Shown one piece after another: positions 28,176 through 39,152 of a DNA stretch of 64,000 nt (position 1 is its first letter; each line of letters begins with the position of its first letter). A model generated the notes under the pieces. That model made no database searches and was not told the origin of the DNA. It was given only the letters and a program-made list of their open reading frames with translations. The position numbers were made by a program, and so were the translations under genes. This DNA is from Candidatus Sumerlaeia bacterium. Its GTDB lineage: Bacteria > Sumerlaeota > Sumerlaeia > MVZB01. Location: assembly GCA_963580245.1 (NCBI GenBank), contig CAUZJO010000004.1:6380-70379 (forward strand). The letters are read 5' to 3'.

Positions 28176-30086
28176 ATGATCGCTCGGATGATATGTCAAC
28201 GTGTCGCAAACTTGGTCTGGGGGTTCTTCTTGGGTGCCGCCTCTGTCTTCGCGCTTGATCCGGAGGCATTCCTCGATCTCGAGAAAATGAAACCCCGGGG
28301 CCAACGGTACGAAGCCCAGGTCCCCGACACGTTGGACCTGGCCGATCGGGCCGCGCTCGCGGTAAACAGCCTGACGCGCAACGTCGAGCCGGAGAAGTTT
28401 TACGCCGTCTATCAGAGTTATCCGCTCTGGACCGACCCCGCGAATCCGGCTGGCCTAACCTGGAACATTACGGCCAAGAACGCGCGCACGTTGCCGTTCA
28501 TGCGCGTCATGAGCGGGAGCGAGCAGAACCTCGAGGTCGAATACAACATCATGAAAACGCTGCTCACCTACGTCGCCGAGGACGGGATGATGTATTACCC
28601 GTTCGGCGGCGAGGGGGCGCCCGAGGGGACGGCCTATCCGGTCGTCGACGGCATCATGGCGTTGGCCACCGAGGTCTGGCATGAACGCGACGGGAACGAC
28701 GCCTGGCTCGGCGCAATGGCCCTGCTCACAAAGGGGCTTTACAACATGGCGATCCGCGTCGAGGAACACAAATACACGTATCCCCGGTCCGAGCTGAAAA
28801 CCGTCGTCGATGAGGTCCGGGCCTATTACCCCCCCGAATCCGGATATCGAGAAGACGGCACCTGGCACTGGACGACGCGCGGCAACAAGCCGCTCATCCC
28901 GTACCGGCCGCCCGATGAACCGTATCTCGACCAACAAGGCCTGGAGGGGGCGGTCAAATGGGAGCAATCCCACGCCATGCGCACGTTGGTGAAACACTAT
29001 GCGCGCACCGGCCACGAAAAGTCGCTAGAGTTGGCCCGCCGGCTCGCGCGCTTCTGTTTGAAACCGTCGATGTGGGAAGATACCAGCGACGAAGGCTACC
29101 CCGGACATGAGCACGGCATCTTCGCCGGTCATTTTCACGGCAACATCACGGCGCTCTATTCCCTGCTGGAATTGGCGATCGCCGACGACGATCAACGGCT
29201 CAAGGAACTGGTGCGCGAGGCCTACGACCACGCCCGCCGGGTGGGCGTCATCCGGATGGGTTGGTTCCCGTGTTGGGTCTATCCTGAAAGATACAACCGC
29301 GACGCCGTTTACATAGGGATCAACGAAGCCTGCGGCGCGGCCGACATGGTCCTGCTGGCCGTCAAGCTGAGCGACGCCGGAGTGGGCGACTACTGGGACG
29401 ACGTGGACCACATCGTGCGCAACCACCTGAGCGAAATGCAGGCCTGCGACATCGAGCTGATCCGCGCGACGGGCGACCCGGTCCACGATCACGTCCGCGA
29501 ACGGTTCGTCGGCGGCTTCGGCGATGGCGGTGTCACGGGCTTGCAGCGTAACATCAATGGCTGCTGCTCGGCCAATGGCGCGATGGGCCTCTATTACGCC
29601 TGGCACGGCATCACGCGCTTCGACCAGGGCGTGGCCACCGTGAACATGTTCCTCAACCGCGCCTCGGCGTGGATGGACATCGACAGCTGCCTGCCGTACG
29701 AGGGCAAAGTGGCGCTGCACAACAAGCAGGCCCACACCGCCTACGTGCGCATCCCCGCGTGGGTCCCGCGCGCGGCGTTGAAGACCACCGTGAACGGCAA
29801 GGCCGTCAAGACCGCAAAGTCCAGCGCGTATCTTTTGTTTTCAAACCTCAAACCCGGCGACGAGATCCAACTTGAATTTCCCGTCGACCAACGGACCGAC
29901 ACCTACACGATCAACAAACAGGAATACTCGGTTTCGTTTCGCGGCAGTACGGTCGTCGACATCGACAACCGCATCGAGAGCGACAAGCTGTATCCGTACT
30001 ATCTGCGCGACGGCTTCAAAGGCACGAAAGCGCCAACCAAAACCATCACCCGCTTCGCCGCCGATGATGTGCTTCCGCTGCAATAA
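28176..30086 (+). CDS. GH127/DUF1680-like glycoside hydrolase paralog
   Basis: Shares GHFHG, GDYWDDV, the ExC (NEACGAAD) and the CC (INGCCSANG) motifs with 25294-27264. 636 aa with signal peptide. Confidence 0.55.
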   Translation: MIARMICQRVANLVWGFFLGAASVFALDPEAFLDLEKMKPRGQRYEAQVPDTLDLADRAALAVNSLTRNVEPEKFYAVYQSYPLWTDPANPAGLTWNITAKNARTLPFMRVMSGSEQNLEVEYNIMKTLLTYVAEDGMMYYPFGGEGAPEGTAYPVVDGIMALATEVWHERDGNDAWLGAMALLTKGLYNMAIRVEEHKYTYPRSELKTVVDEVRAYYPPESGYREDGTWHWTTRGNKPLIPYRPPDEPYLDQQGLEGAVKWEQSHAMRTLVKHYARTGHEKSLELARRLARFCLKPSMWEDTSDEGYPGHEHGIFAGHFHGNITALYSLLELAIADDDQRLKELVREAYDHARRVGVIRMGWFPCWVYPERYNRDAVYIGINEACGAADMVLLAVKLSDAGVGDYWDDVDHIVRNHLSEMQACDIELIRATGDPVHDHVRERFVGGFGDGGVTGLQRNINGCCSANGAMGLYYAWHGITRFDQGVATVNMFLNRASAWMDIDSCLPYEGKVALHNKQAHTAYVRIPAWVPRAALKTTVNGKAVKTAKSSAYLLFSNLKPGDEIQLEFPVDQRTDTYTINKQEYSVSFRGSTVVDIDNRIESDKLYPYYLRDGFKGTKAPTKTITRFAADDVLPLQ

Positions 30087-30141
30087 CCTCGATGCCGGAT
30101 AAGAATCCATGGACGCTCCGGGTGTCAAACGTCCTCTGCGC

Positions 30142-30960
30142 TCAGAGCAACAAACCGGCAATCGCGGCGGTTGTCCAGGAGGCAAGCGCGCCGCCGAACA
30201 TGGCGCGTAGCGCGAGGCGGGCGAGGTCCCCGCGCCGTTCGGGAGCGATGGCCCCCAAGCCGCCCAGTTGAATTCCGATCGATCCGAAGTTGGCGAAGCC
30301 GCACAGCGCGATCGTCACCGACCGCTCGGAGAGTTGCCCCGCCCCGACCAGGTCCGTCAACCGCTCGTAGGCGATAAACTCGGTGACGCAGATTTTTGTG
30401 CCGAGCAGATTGCCGACCTTGGCGGCATCTTCCCAGGCCACGCCCATCACGAGCGCGATCGGTGCGAACAGCTTGCCAAACAGGGTCGCCAGGCTGCCCG
30501 GCACGGCGCCGCGGTGTTCCGTCCCGTCGCCCGTCGAGAGAGCCTCGCCCCCCAACCACCGCCCGTCGATCAAATCGTCAAGCCCCCCAGGACCCAGTCC
30601 ACGGCGGCGATCAATGCGATGAACGCGATCAACATGGCCGCCACGTTGATGGCCAACCGCATCCCGTCGGTCGCCCCTCGCGCCGCGGCGTCCAGGAGGT
30701 TGTCGCCCACGTCGATGTCGGGCAGCTTCGCCCCTCCCACCGTTTTGGGTTCTTCGATTTCGGGGACCATCAACTTGGCGATGACCAGCGCCGCGGGGGC
30801 CGACATCACGCTGGCGATGATGAGGTGATGGGCCGAGACGCCCATGCCGATCTAGGCGGCCAACACGCCGCCCGCGATCGTCGCGAAACCCCCGACCATC
30901 ACGGCGTTGAGTTCGGAGAACGTCATCGCGCCGATATAGGGCCGGATCATCAGCGGCGCC
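30142..30960 (-). pseudogene. nupC: Nucleoside transporter NupC/CNT family, disrupted (N-terminal truncation, in-frame TAG, frameshift)
   Basis: The 3' frame reads SLATLFGKLFAPIALVMGVAWEDAAKVGNLLGTKICVTEFIAYERL...ALCGFANFGSIGIQLG. The middle frame reads [21 protein letters not shown]. The 5' piece [12 protein letters not shown] is followed by a TAG (30843-30845) where Tyr is expected. The frame change coincides with a C6/G6 run (~30583-30588). Only ~270 of ~400 aa remain. Confidence 0.75.
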
Positions 30961-31019
30961 TCGGTCGCCCGCCCCCGCGCTGATGACCTGCTTTCGACGG
31001 CGAGAGACCGGAGCCTAAA

Positions 31020-31991
31020 TCAATGCTTCAAGAGGGTCTGTGGATTATCAAGCGCGGGGACCGATCGACGCGCGCGACGGTCAAGGTGCCAGGCCGGCCA
31101 ATGCAACAGGCCCGAGGCATAGGCCCGCAAGACTGACCCCAAACGCCCCTGGCGCGCCATGTCGATGAGCCATCGCAGCTCGACTTTCAACGCGGCCCGG
31201 CGCCCACCCGGCAGGCCGCGCAGCGTCAGGTAGCGCATCCGGTTGCGCGTGTAACGGTAGACGAACCGCCGGCTACCGGTGACTTGGGTGAGGGATTCAT
31301 GGTGAATCAACCAGGCCGCCGGTTCGTACCACAACTTCCAGCCCGCCCGCGCCATCCGAACCTCCAGGTCCACTTCCTCGAAGTAGATCGGAAAAAACTT
31401 CGGGTCGAGCAGGCCGACCTGCGCCAGGGCCTCGCGCCGCATGGCCAGCGCCGCGCCGGTCACGTAATCGCATTCGCCGGGCGTTTCCCACTGACCGTCG
31501 TCCTCCTCGCCCGTCCCCAGATGCACCGTGTTGCCGTTGGGGAGGATCGCCCCGCCCGCATGTTGGATGATCCGCCCGCCCGGGTAAAGCAACTTGCATC
31601 CGACCGACCCGATGCGCGGATCGCGCTCGAACGGCGCGGCCAGGGCGGCCACCCAATTCTCCGGGACTTCGGTGTCGTCGTTGAGCAAGACAATGATCTC
31701 GCCCCGCGCGGCCTGGATGCCCACGTTGTTGCCCCCGCTGAAGCCGAGGTTGCGCTCGATGTTCAGTAACCGCGCCGCCGGAAACCGCTCGCGGACCAGG
31801 TCCGGCGTCGAATCCTCGGAACCGTTATTCACGACGATCACCTCGAACGGCGGCCCTTTGCAGGCCAAAACGCTCGTCAAACAGGCCGACAGCACCCGCT
31901 CGCCGTTCAGCGAGCAGACGACGACGGAAACAAGCGGTGTCTGGAGTTCGTCGGCAGGGGGCGTGGGCTGATCTGGTTCTTTTGAACTCAT
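31020..31991 (-). CDS. Glycosyltransferase family 2
   Basis: VSVVVCSLNGERVLSACLTSVL...FEVIVVNNGSEDSTP...LGFSGGNNVGIQAARGEIIVLLNDDTEV is a classic GT2 DxD-containing N-terminus. Confidence 0.8.
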   Translation of the reverse strand: MSSKEPDQPTPPADELQTPLVSVVVCSLNGERVLSACLTSVLACKGPPFEVIVVNNGSEDSTPDLVRERFPAARLLNIERNLGFSGGNNVGIQAARGEIIVLLNDDTEVPENWVAALAAPFERDPRIGSVGCKLLYPGGRIIQHAGGAILPNGNTVHLGTGEEDDGQWETPGECDYVTGAALAMRREALAQVGLLDPKFFPIYFEEVDLEVRMARAGWKLWYEPAAWLIHHESLTQVTGSRRFVYRYTRNRMRYLTLRGLPGGRRAALKVELRWLIDMARQGRLGSVLRAYASGLLHWPAWHLDRRARRSVPALDNPQTLLKH

Positions 31992-32298
31992 GCGGCCGCC
32001 ATGTTAGCCCCTCAATCATGGATGGATCAAGCTTGCCCTGGGATAGGAGGCATGGTCAACGCTTCCACAACCGCTTCAAACACCACGAAGCCTAGTCGAT
32101 GGAATTGATGTCCGTCTCATCCTTCCGGGTCGGGAGCCAAGAGCCGATCATCAACCAGAACAGGGATCCTTCATCGAAGCGCCGTTTACTGCCAAGACTG
32201 AATCACACCCTGTTTTCACCTGTCCCCCGACCGCCGCTTAATCTAAAATGGAATCGAGTACGCGCCGAGAAGATAAACCGGCGGAGAGAAACGCGCGA

Positions 32299-34308
32299 AT
32301 GCCTCCCTTCAAAATCCACACCGACTTCGAACTGAGCGGGGACCAGCCGCAGGCGATTGAGCGACTGACGGCGGGGTTGGGAGCGGGGTTGCCGTCTCAG
32401 GTGCTGCTGGGCGTAACGGGGTCGGGCAAGACGTTTACGATGGCCAACGTCATCGAGCGCGTCCAGCGCCCCACGCTGGTCCTTACCCACAACAAGGTCC
32501 TCGCCGCGCAGCTTTATCGCGAGTTCAAGGAACTCTTCCCCGAAAACGCCGTCGAGTTTTTCGTTTCGTATTACGATTACTATCAGCCCGAGGCTTACAT
32601 TGCCTCGTCTGATACCTATATCGAGAAGGACAGTTCGATCAACGAGGAGCTGGATAAGCTGCGGCTGTCGGCGACCCGTTCGCTCATCGAGCGGCGCGAC
32701 GTGGTGATCGTCTCGTCGGTCTCGTGCATCTATGGGATCGGCTCGCCGGCGGAGTATCGGAAATTCGTCGTGCTGGTCGAGCGCGGGCGCGAGGCGGATC
32801 GCGACGAGGTCCTGCGCCAGCTCGTCGACGGCCAGTATCAACGCAACGACGTCGATTTCCATCGCGGCACGTTTCGCGTGCGGGGCGACGTGATCGACAT
32901 CTACCCCGCCTACGAGGACAAGTCGGCGATCCGCGTCGAGTTTTTCGGCGACGTGGTCGACATGATCCACGAGATCGACCCGCTGACCGGCCAGCGGCGG
33001 CGCGGGCTGCAACGCGCGACGATTTTTCCGACCAGCCACTACGTCACCAGCCGCCCGCGCCTGGAGAAGGCCCTGCGTTCGATCGCCGTCGAACTCGAGG
33101 AGCGGGTCGGTGAAATGGAGGCGCAAAAACAGCTCGTCGAGGCGCAACGCCTGCGCGGACGGACCAAGTACGACCTCGAGATGATGTTGGAGATGGGAAC
33201 CTGCGCCGGCATCGAGAACTACTCGCGCCACCTCGACGGCCGCCAACCCGGCGATCCCCCCAGCACGCTGCTCGATTTCTTCCCCGATGATTTCATGCTG
33301 TTCGTCGATGAGAGCCACGTCTCGATCCCGCAGGTGCGCGCCATGTATAACGGCGATCGCGCGCGCAAGACCGTCTTGGTCGAGCACGGCTTCCGGCTGC
33401 CGTCGGCGCTCGATAACCGGCCGCTGAAATTCGAGGAGTTTCTGGGGCGGCTCAATCAGGTCCTGTTCGTCTCCGCCACGCCCGCCGAATGGGAATTGGA
33501 GCGTAGCGAGGGCGTGGTCGTCGAACAGGTACTGCGCCCCACGGGCCTGATGGACCCGCCCATCGAGGTGCGTCCCGCCGCCGATCAGGTCGAGGACCTG
33601 CTCGGCGAAATCCGCGAGCGCCAAGAGCGCGGCGAACGCGTGCTCATCACCACGCTGACCAAACGGATGGCCGAAGACCTCACCGAATATTACCGCGAGC
33701 TGGGCGTCAAGGCGCGTTACATGCACTCGGACATCGACACGATCGAGCGCACGGAAATCATCCGCGACCTGCGCCTGGGCGTCTTCGACGTGCTGGTGGG
33801 GATCAACCTGTTGCGCGAGGGATTGGACCTGCCCGAAGTGAGCTTGGTGGCCGTGCTCGACGCCGATAAGGAAGGCTTCCTGCGCTCGCGCACCTCGCTG
33901 ATCCAAACCGCCGGCCGCGCCGCCCGCAACGTCGAGGGCCGCGTGATCCTATACGGCGACAAGGTGACCGCATCAATGCGCACCGCGATCGATGAGACCG
34001 GCCGCCGCCGCGCGGTCCAGGCCGAGTTCAACGAAAAGCACGGCATCACGCCGCAAACGATCCGCAAGGAGATCAAGAACATCCTGGACACGGTCTACGA
34101 ATCCGACTACGCCCCGATCCCGATGCTCGATCAGGTCGCCGAACAGGAAGCCGAATACATAACCCCCAAAGAATACAAACGCCGCGTGACCCGCCTCAAA
34201 AAACAGATGCTAGACGCGGCGTCCAAACTCGAATTCGAGAAGGCGGCGAAGCTGCGCGACGAACTCTTCACCCTGGAGAAAAAGTATCTCGAGACCATGG
34301 GGATGTAG
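32299..34308 (+). CDS. uvrB: Excinuclease ABC subunit B
   Basis: [23 protein letters not shown]...[16 protein letters not shown]...[10 protein letters not shown], full length, UVR domain at the C-terminus. TAG stop. Confidence 0.95.
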   Translation: MPPFKIHTDFELSGDQPQAIERLTAGLGAGLPSQVLLGVTGSGKTFTMANVIERVQRPTLVLTHNKVLAAQLYREFKELFPENAVEFFVSYYDYYQPEAYIASSDTYIEKDSSINEELDKLRLSATRSLIERRDVVIVSSVSCIYGIGSPAEYRKFVVLVERGREADRDEVLRQLVDGQYQRNDVDFHRGTFRVRGDVIDIYPAYEDKSAIRVEFFGDVVDMIHEIDPLTGQRRRGLQRATIFPTSHYVTSRPRLEKALRSIAVELEERVGEMEAQKQLVEAQRLRGRTKYDLEMMLEMGTCAGIENYSRHLDGRQPGDPPSTLLDFFPDDFMLFVDESHVSIPQVRAMYNGDRARKTVLVEHGFRLPSALDNRPLKFEEFLGRLNQVLFVSATPAEWELERSEGVVVEQVLRPTGLMDPPIEVRPAADQVEDLLGEIRERQERGERVLITTLTKRMAEDLTEYYRELGVKARYMHSDIDTIERTEIIRDLRLGVFDVLVGINLLREGLDLPEVSLVAVLDADKEGFLRSRTSLIQTAGRAARNVEGRVILYGDKVTASMRTAIDETGRRRAVQAEFNEKHGITPQTIRKEIKNILDTVYESDYAPIPMLDQVAEQEAEYITPKEYKRRVTRLKKQMLDAASKLEFEKAAKLRDELFTLEKKYLETMGM

Positions 34309-34466
34309 TCCGGCGATCTTCTTTCCGAGGCCCCCTCCCCCGCGTCGCGGAGTCCAGATACGAATCAACCCCGGCGAAGTCGAAGGATCACCCCCACCGA
34401 CTCCACTGGGGTTGAAATTTTGACCGCGAACGAATTCCCGACCGAATCCAATCGCCCGAGATCGAT

Positions 34467-34952
34467 TCAGATCAGCCCGGCCAACTCGACGGCCCGCAGG
34501 GCCCGCTTCCAAGCCCTCCGCAAATGAACGATGGCCTCGTCGTAATTTTCCGCGACGACATCTTCTTCAGCTAAGGCCCTTTCCGCCTCGGCCTGGAAAA
34601 TCTTGCTCAAGACCTGCCCACATCCCGTGGGTGGCGTCGCGTCGTTGCATCCCGCGTTGCTCGCCGCGGTCTGCGCCGCTTGAATCGCCGTGTCGACAAT
34701 TCTCCTGTCGGCTTCGATCAGCAACAAGACCGCCTCGCGAACCGCCGCCTTGTCCTCATCGCTCGTCCCGGCGTCTTGCAGGACCGCCATCAACTCCTCC
34801 GCAGCCCGCCGCTCGCGACGGAACACCTTGATGCCATTGGTCTCGTTCGGGGTGAAATCGTCAATGTAGAGTTCCGACAGTAAACTGCGCGCAACAAACC
34901 GAATCGCTTCCAGAATCTTCTCATCCACCAACGCGTTGCCAGACGGCACGCG
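34467..34952 (-). CDS. Small hypothetical helical protein (start unresolved; ORF overlaps 3' end of the FG-GAP gene)
   Basis: A protein-like reading frame is open 34467-35156. Internal ATGs lie at 34790 and 35069. It overlaps the FG-GAP stop (34954) by up to 200 nt. Confidence 0.35.
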   Translation of the reverse strand, partial: RVPSGNALVDEKILEAIRFVARSLLSELYIDDFTPNETNGIKVFRRERRAAEELMAVLQDAGTSDEDKAAVREAVLLLIEADRRIVDTAIQAAQTAASNAGCNDATPPTGCGQVLSKIFQAEAERALAEEDVVAENYDEAIVHLRRAWKRALRAVELAGLI

Positions 34953-34953
34953 A

Positions 34954-36087
34954 TCAATCAGCGTACTGATAGCAATGGCTTTGAGTTCTCTGGGTGACAG
35001 GCATTCGATCTCTGACACCCATAGAAGAAACAATGTCCCTCTCAGGCTCCCAGGTGCCCAGGGCGGCATCCCAGCGTAGAAATGACGTGTAGTTTCCACC
35101 CTCGGGACGATTATTGGCGACGAGCATATCGTTATCGCCATCCTCATCGACGTCAAGAATGATCACTCCCTTTGGCCACTCTCCAACAGGGACTTCTATG
35201 GGGTCACCGCTATGAAACACACCTAGGTCGTTGTCCCAACGGATGACTCTCACGAAATCTGCGTTAGGAGGGGATGACACGATGTCGTTATAGCCATCAT
35301 TGGTTGCGTCGCCGACGGAGTAACGGTGGAGAACACCTCCTATATTGAAAGGCGCGACGGCATCGTAATCTTGGGTGGTGTCGTTCCAATGAAAACCCTC
35401 TGCATTGTTACCGTTGGCGTCAAAGAGGATATCATTGAACTGATCATTGTTGATGTCTTTGATGTTTACACCGCCACCACCCCCATCCAGCTCGTAAAGG
35501 ATGTTAAAAGAGTCTGTGTCGAAGGATACTTCTAGAATGAGAGTCTTGGGATCATCCGCGACGTTAGAGATGACCACTTCATTTAGACCGTCATTGTTGG
35601 CATCACCGATAGCCGCCGATGCTACGCCGGGCCGTCCGGGTAAATCTACCGTGTCGAAATCTATTCCATTCCAATGGAGAGCGACGAAAACCTTATTGCC
35701 TCCCGATGCGCTGAATAGGCCAATAATGTCGCCACAGCCGTCGTTATCAATATCGCCAACATAGACAAACAATCCGGGGCGGGATGTGATATTTTTCGAA
35801 GTTTCCGGGCCGATACCATCGGCGTTTCCAAAAAAGACCGACATCCCGCCCGGATTCTGGTTGATCGTCACGATATCGTCAAAACCATCACAATCAAAAT
35901 CTCCGATGCCTATGTCCAGCGGCTTGTCGCCACTGACAGGAATAATCGACGCGGAACAAAAATCGCCGCATTGGAGTGGAATTGCATCCGTTGCCTGAGC
36001 CGTGGCCAAAGCAAACGTCAGGAGGATAATTCTCCGGGTACATGTGTTGTGAGCCGTGGTCAAGCAACGAAGTGGTGGACTAAGCAT
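34954..36087 (-). CDS. FG-GAP/VCBS repeat beta-propeller protein, secreted
   Basis: Signal peptide, then repeated Ca-binding-like motifs: GDFDCDGFDDIV, GDIDNDGCGDII, GDANNDGLNEVV, KDINNDQFNDIL, GDATNDGYNDIV, LDVDEDGDNDML. Confidence 0.75.
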   Translation of the reverse strand: MLSPPLRCLTTAHNTCTRRIILLTFALATAQATDAIPLQCGDFCSASIIPVSGDKPLDIGIGDFDCDGFDDIVTINQNPGGMSVFFGNADGIGPETSKNITSRPGLFVYVGDIDNDGCGDIIGLFSASGGNKVFVALHWNGIDFDTVDLPGRPGVASAAIGDANNDGLNEVVISNVADDPKTLILEVSFDTDSFNILYELDGGGGGVNIKDINNDQFNDILFDANGNNAEGFHWNDTTQDYDAVAPFNIGGVLHRYSVGDATNDGYNDIVSSPPNADFVRVIRWDNDLGVFHSGDPIEVPVGEWPKGVIILDVDEDGDNDMLVANNRPEGGNYTSFLRWDAALGTWEPERDIVSSMGVRDRMPVTQRTQSHCYQYAD

Positions 36088-36179
36088 GTTACATCCTCCT
36101 GGTTGTTTCCGACTTCGATACCCGCGCCTTCCCGCGCTGCATCTAGCCTCAAATGGAATCTCTGGATCCCTATAGACAT

Positions 36180-36350
36180 AGAACTTGATTTCAGCTGAGA
36201 GGTTTGGCGGGAATCACAAAAAATAGTTATTTATATGAGTAGTATATATCTATTATTGTTTATACTGGAAACGTATAACTATAATATAATTTATATCAAT
36301 TATCGCAAAATGTCTTAATCGCCTACAGCAGCAATATGAGTCTTTTTAAA
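36180..36350. promoter_or_regulatory. AT-rich island (~25% GC) upstream of the FG-GAP gene / downstream of yggS
   Basis: Sequence includes aaaaatagttatttatatgagtagtatatatctattattgtttatactggaaacgtataactataatataatttatatcaattatcg, in a ~65% GC background. It sits directly 5' of the FG-GAP start (36087, minus strand). Confidence 0.5.
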
Positions 36351-36378
36351 TCGGTGCCGCAATGAATCTACGAATCTC

Positions 36379-37125
36379 TCAAGCCGTCGGCCGTGGACCG
36401 AAGATCGCCGTTCCGATCCGAACGATTGTCGCGCCCTCCTCGATCGCCGTTTCGAAATCGCCGCTCATCCCCATCGACAGATGCCGTGGCTCGAATTGAG
36501 GCGCGGGCTGGGATTCGAGGAGCAGTTGTCGCAGACGGGCGAAGTGGGGGCGTGATTGTTCCGGGTCCTCGGCGTAGGGTGGGATGGTCAACAGGCCCTC
36601 GGCCCGCACGTGGGGGGCGTGGGTGAGGGCTTGGAGGAGGTCTGGGAGGCACTGGGGTGGGGCACCGTGTTTGGATGACTCGCCGGAGACGTTGATTTGG
36701 AGGAGGATTCGTTGGGTCAGGCCCAACGCGGCGGCGCGACGTTCCAGGGCCTCGATCAGGGGGATGGAATCGACCGAGTGGATCAGGTCGAAGCGGCCGA
36801 CGACGGCGTTGGCTTTTTTTCGCTGGAGGTGGCCCACGAGATGCCAGCGGGCCTGGTTGCCGACGGCGTCGATCTTGCCCAGTGCCTCCTGAACGCGGCT
36901 TTCGCCCAAGTCTCGCTGGCCAGCCGCGATCGCCGCGCGCAGGACCGGGACCGGATGGGTCTTGCCGACGGCGACGAGCAGGACGTCTTTGGGATTGCGG
37001 CCCGCCCGCTTGGCGACCGCGTCGATCCGCTCGTGAACGAGGGCCAGGCGTTCGGGGATCCCCGCGATCGCGCCCTCCGACCCGGCCGGCGACGGATTAT
37101 TGGTTTGCTCGGGAATCTCGGACAT
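36379..37125 (-). CDS. yggS: YggS family pyridoxal-phosphate homeostasis protein
   Basis: [33 protein letters not shown]...[27 protein letters not shown]...[14 protein letters not shown]. Confidence 0.85.
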   Translation of the reverse strand: MSEIPEQTNNPSPAGSEGAIAGIPERLALVHERIDAVAKRAGRNPKDVLLVAVGKTHPVPVLRAAIAAGQRDLGESRVQEALGKIDAVGNQARWHLVGHLQRKKANAVVGRFDLIHSVDSIPLIEALERRAAALGLTQRILLQINVSGESSKHGAPPQCLPDLLQALTHAPHVRAEGLLTIPPYAEDPEQSRPHFARLRQLLLESQPAPQFEPRHLSMGMSGDFETAIEEGATIVRIGTAIFGPRPTA

Positions 37126-37168
37126 TGCTACGATACCTCATCCTCGTGCCGGCCAGGCGCCCGCTCCC

Positions 37169-37975
37169 ATGAATCGCACCCACCCGCCTCGATCCAAGAT
37201 AACCGCCCTGATCCCAACGTTCAACGAGCAGGCCAACATCGCCGCGTGCATCGCCTCGGTCGAGTGGGCCGACGAGGTCTTCGTGATCGACTCGTTCAGC
37301 GAGGACGAGACCCCGCGCATCGCCGCCGAGGCCGGGGCGCGCGTGGTCCAGCACGAATACGTCAACTCGGCCACCCAAAAAAACTGGGCCATCCCCCAGG
37401 CCGCTCACGAATGGGTCCTGATCGTTGACTCCGACGAACGGGTCACCCCGGCGCTGAGGGCGGAAATCGCGGCGGTCCTCGCGGCGGATGCGCGCGGCGA
37501 GTCCGGCGTCGATGACGGCTACCGCATCGGGCGGCTCAATCACTTCCTGGGCCGACGCGTGCGTTACTGCGGTTGGCAAAACGACACCTGCCTGCGCCTG
37601 TTCCGGCGCGACCGCGGCCGCTATCAGGATCGCGAGGTCCACGCCGACGTGATCATCGAGGGCACGGTGGGGAGGCTCGAAAACAAACTGCTGCACTACA
37701 CGTTCACCAACTTCGACCAGTATATGCGCAAGTTCAATCGCTATGCGATCTGGGCGGCGGGAGATCGCGGCCAGTCGACGCGCAAGGTCCGCTGGCACCA
37801 CCTCTTGCTGCGCCCGGTGGCGCGGTTCCTGAAGCAGTATTTCCTCAAGCGCGGTTTTCTGGATGGTCGCGTCGGGCTGGTCGTGTGCATGCTGGCCGCG
37901 TTCAGCGTCTTCATGAAATACGCCCGGCTGCTCGAACGCCAGCTCAATCAGCCCATGGTTAAAACCAAGGCATGA
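37169..37975 (+). CDS. Glycosyltransferase family 2 (LPS core-type)
   Basis: ITALIPTFNEQANIAACIASVEWADEVFVIDSFSEDETPRIA...VLIVDSDERV. The ORF is open from 37100; start taken at MNRTHPP. Confidence 0.75.
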   Translation: MNRTHPPRSKITALIPTFNEQANIAACIASVEWADEVFVIDSFSEDETPRIAAEAGARVVQHEYVNSATQKNWAIPQAAHEWVLIVDSDERVTPALRAEIAAVLAADARGESGVDDGYRIGRLNHFLGRRVRYCGWQNDTCLRLFRRDRGRYQDREVHADVIIEGTVGRLENKLLHYTFTNFDQYMRKFNRYAIWAAGDRGQSTRKVRWHHLLLRPVARFLKQYFLKRGFLDGRVGLVVCMLAAFSVFMKYARLLERQLNQPMVKTKA

Positions 37976-39135
37976 CCGCTCAACCTGAATCGGCATCCGT
38001 CGCCGGGGGCGACCGGGCCGCGGAACCGACCGGCGCGGGCGCCCCGCTGGGACCAGCGCTCAGCGGCAAGGTCGCGCCCGAGCAACCGGTGCGCATCTTC
38101 GTCAAGGGACTGAATTGGGTTGGCGACGCGATCCTCTCCACCCCGGCCCTGACCCATCTACGGCGGTGCTTCCCCAAGGCCCACATCACGCTCATGGTGC
38201 GCCCTTGGGTCGCCGCCGTTCACGAAAACAGCCCCGATATCGACGACCTCTGGGTCTTTGATGACGGCGAGTCTTGGGGGAGTTTTTACAAAGCGACCCA
38301 AATGATCCGCAAGGGCTGCTTCGACATCGGGATCGCGTTGCCCAATTCCACCCGCTCGGCGGCCTTGCTGCACCTTGGCGGCGTTCGCTACCGGATCGGA
38401 TTTAACCTGGGGGGACGCCAGTTTCTCCTGAATCGGGGCTTAAGGCGAGACCCCTCCCTGCTCGAAGACCACCAGATTTTCTACTACCTGCGCATCATCG
38501 AGCACCTGTGCGGCAAGGCCCAAGGCCGCCAGCAGCTCAGTCTGACGCCCGGCGAGCTCGAGGTCGAGGAGGCCGGCCAAGTGCTAGCGCAACGCGGTCT
38601 GGATCGGGGCCGGCCCCTGATCGGGATCGCGCCGGGATCGATCAACTCGACCGCCAAACGCTGGCCCGCCGAACGGTTCGCCGAGCTGGCCGACCAGCTC
38701 AAGGAGAAGACCGAGGCGGAAGTCCTGCTCCTCGGAAGCGAGAAGGAGAAGGACGTGCTGGATCGCGTCGAGGCATCGGCGCAAACGGTGGTCCACAACC
38801 TGGGGGGCCAACTGGGCCTGGGCCAGGCGATCGCGATGATCGCGCGGCTCAACGGGCTGATCTGCAACGATTCCGGCGCGATGCACATCGCCGCGGCGCT
38901 GGGCATCCCGACCGTCGCCATCTTCGGCCCGACCGAGTGGCAAACAACCTATCCTTTCTCTAAATCGGCCGTCATCGTGCGCAAGGAGGGAATCGACTGC
39001 GCGCCGTGCATGAGGCGTGATTGCCCGATCGACCACCGATGCATGACGCGCATCTCGGTCCAGGAGGTCTTTGACCGGTTCAAGCAGACCGTCCGGCAGG
39101 CGCGCAAAGACCGGCCCGCAAGCAACCCAAGCTGA
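37972..39135 (+). CDS. Glycosyltransferase family 9 (ADP-heptose:LPS heptosyltransferase, WaaF-like)
   Basis: RIFVKGLNWVGDAILSTPALTHLRRCFPKAHITLMVRPW...IALPNSTRSAALLHLGGVRYRIGF. Overlaps the upstream GT2 stop. Confidence 0.8.
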   Translation: MTAQPESASVAGGDRAAEPTGAGAPLGPALSGKVAPEQPVRIFVKGLNWVGDAILSTPALTHLRRCFPKAHITLMVRPWVAAVHENSPDIDDLWVFDDGESWGSFYKATQMIRKGCFDIGIALPNSTRSAALLHLGGVRYRIGFNLGGRQFLLNRGLRRDPSLLEDHQIFYYLRIIEHLCGKAQGRQQLSLTPGELEVEEAGQVLAQRGLDRGRPLIGIAPGSINSTAKRWPAERFAELADQLKEKTEAEVLLLGSEKEKDVLDRVEASAQTVVHNLGGQLGLGQAIAMIARLNGLICNDSGAMHIAAALGIPTVAIFGPTEWQTTYPFSKSAVIVRKEGIDCAPCMRRDCPIDHRCMTRISVQEVFDRFKQTVRQARKDRPASNPS

Positions 39136-39152
39136 TCCGGTCCCCGGTCACG

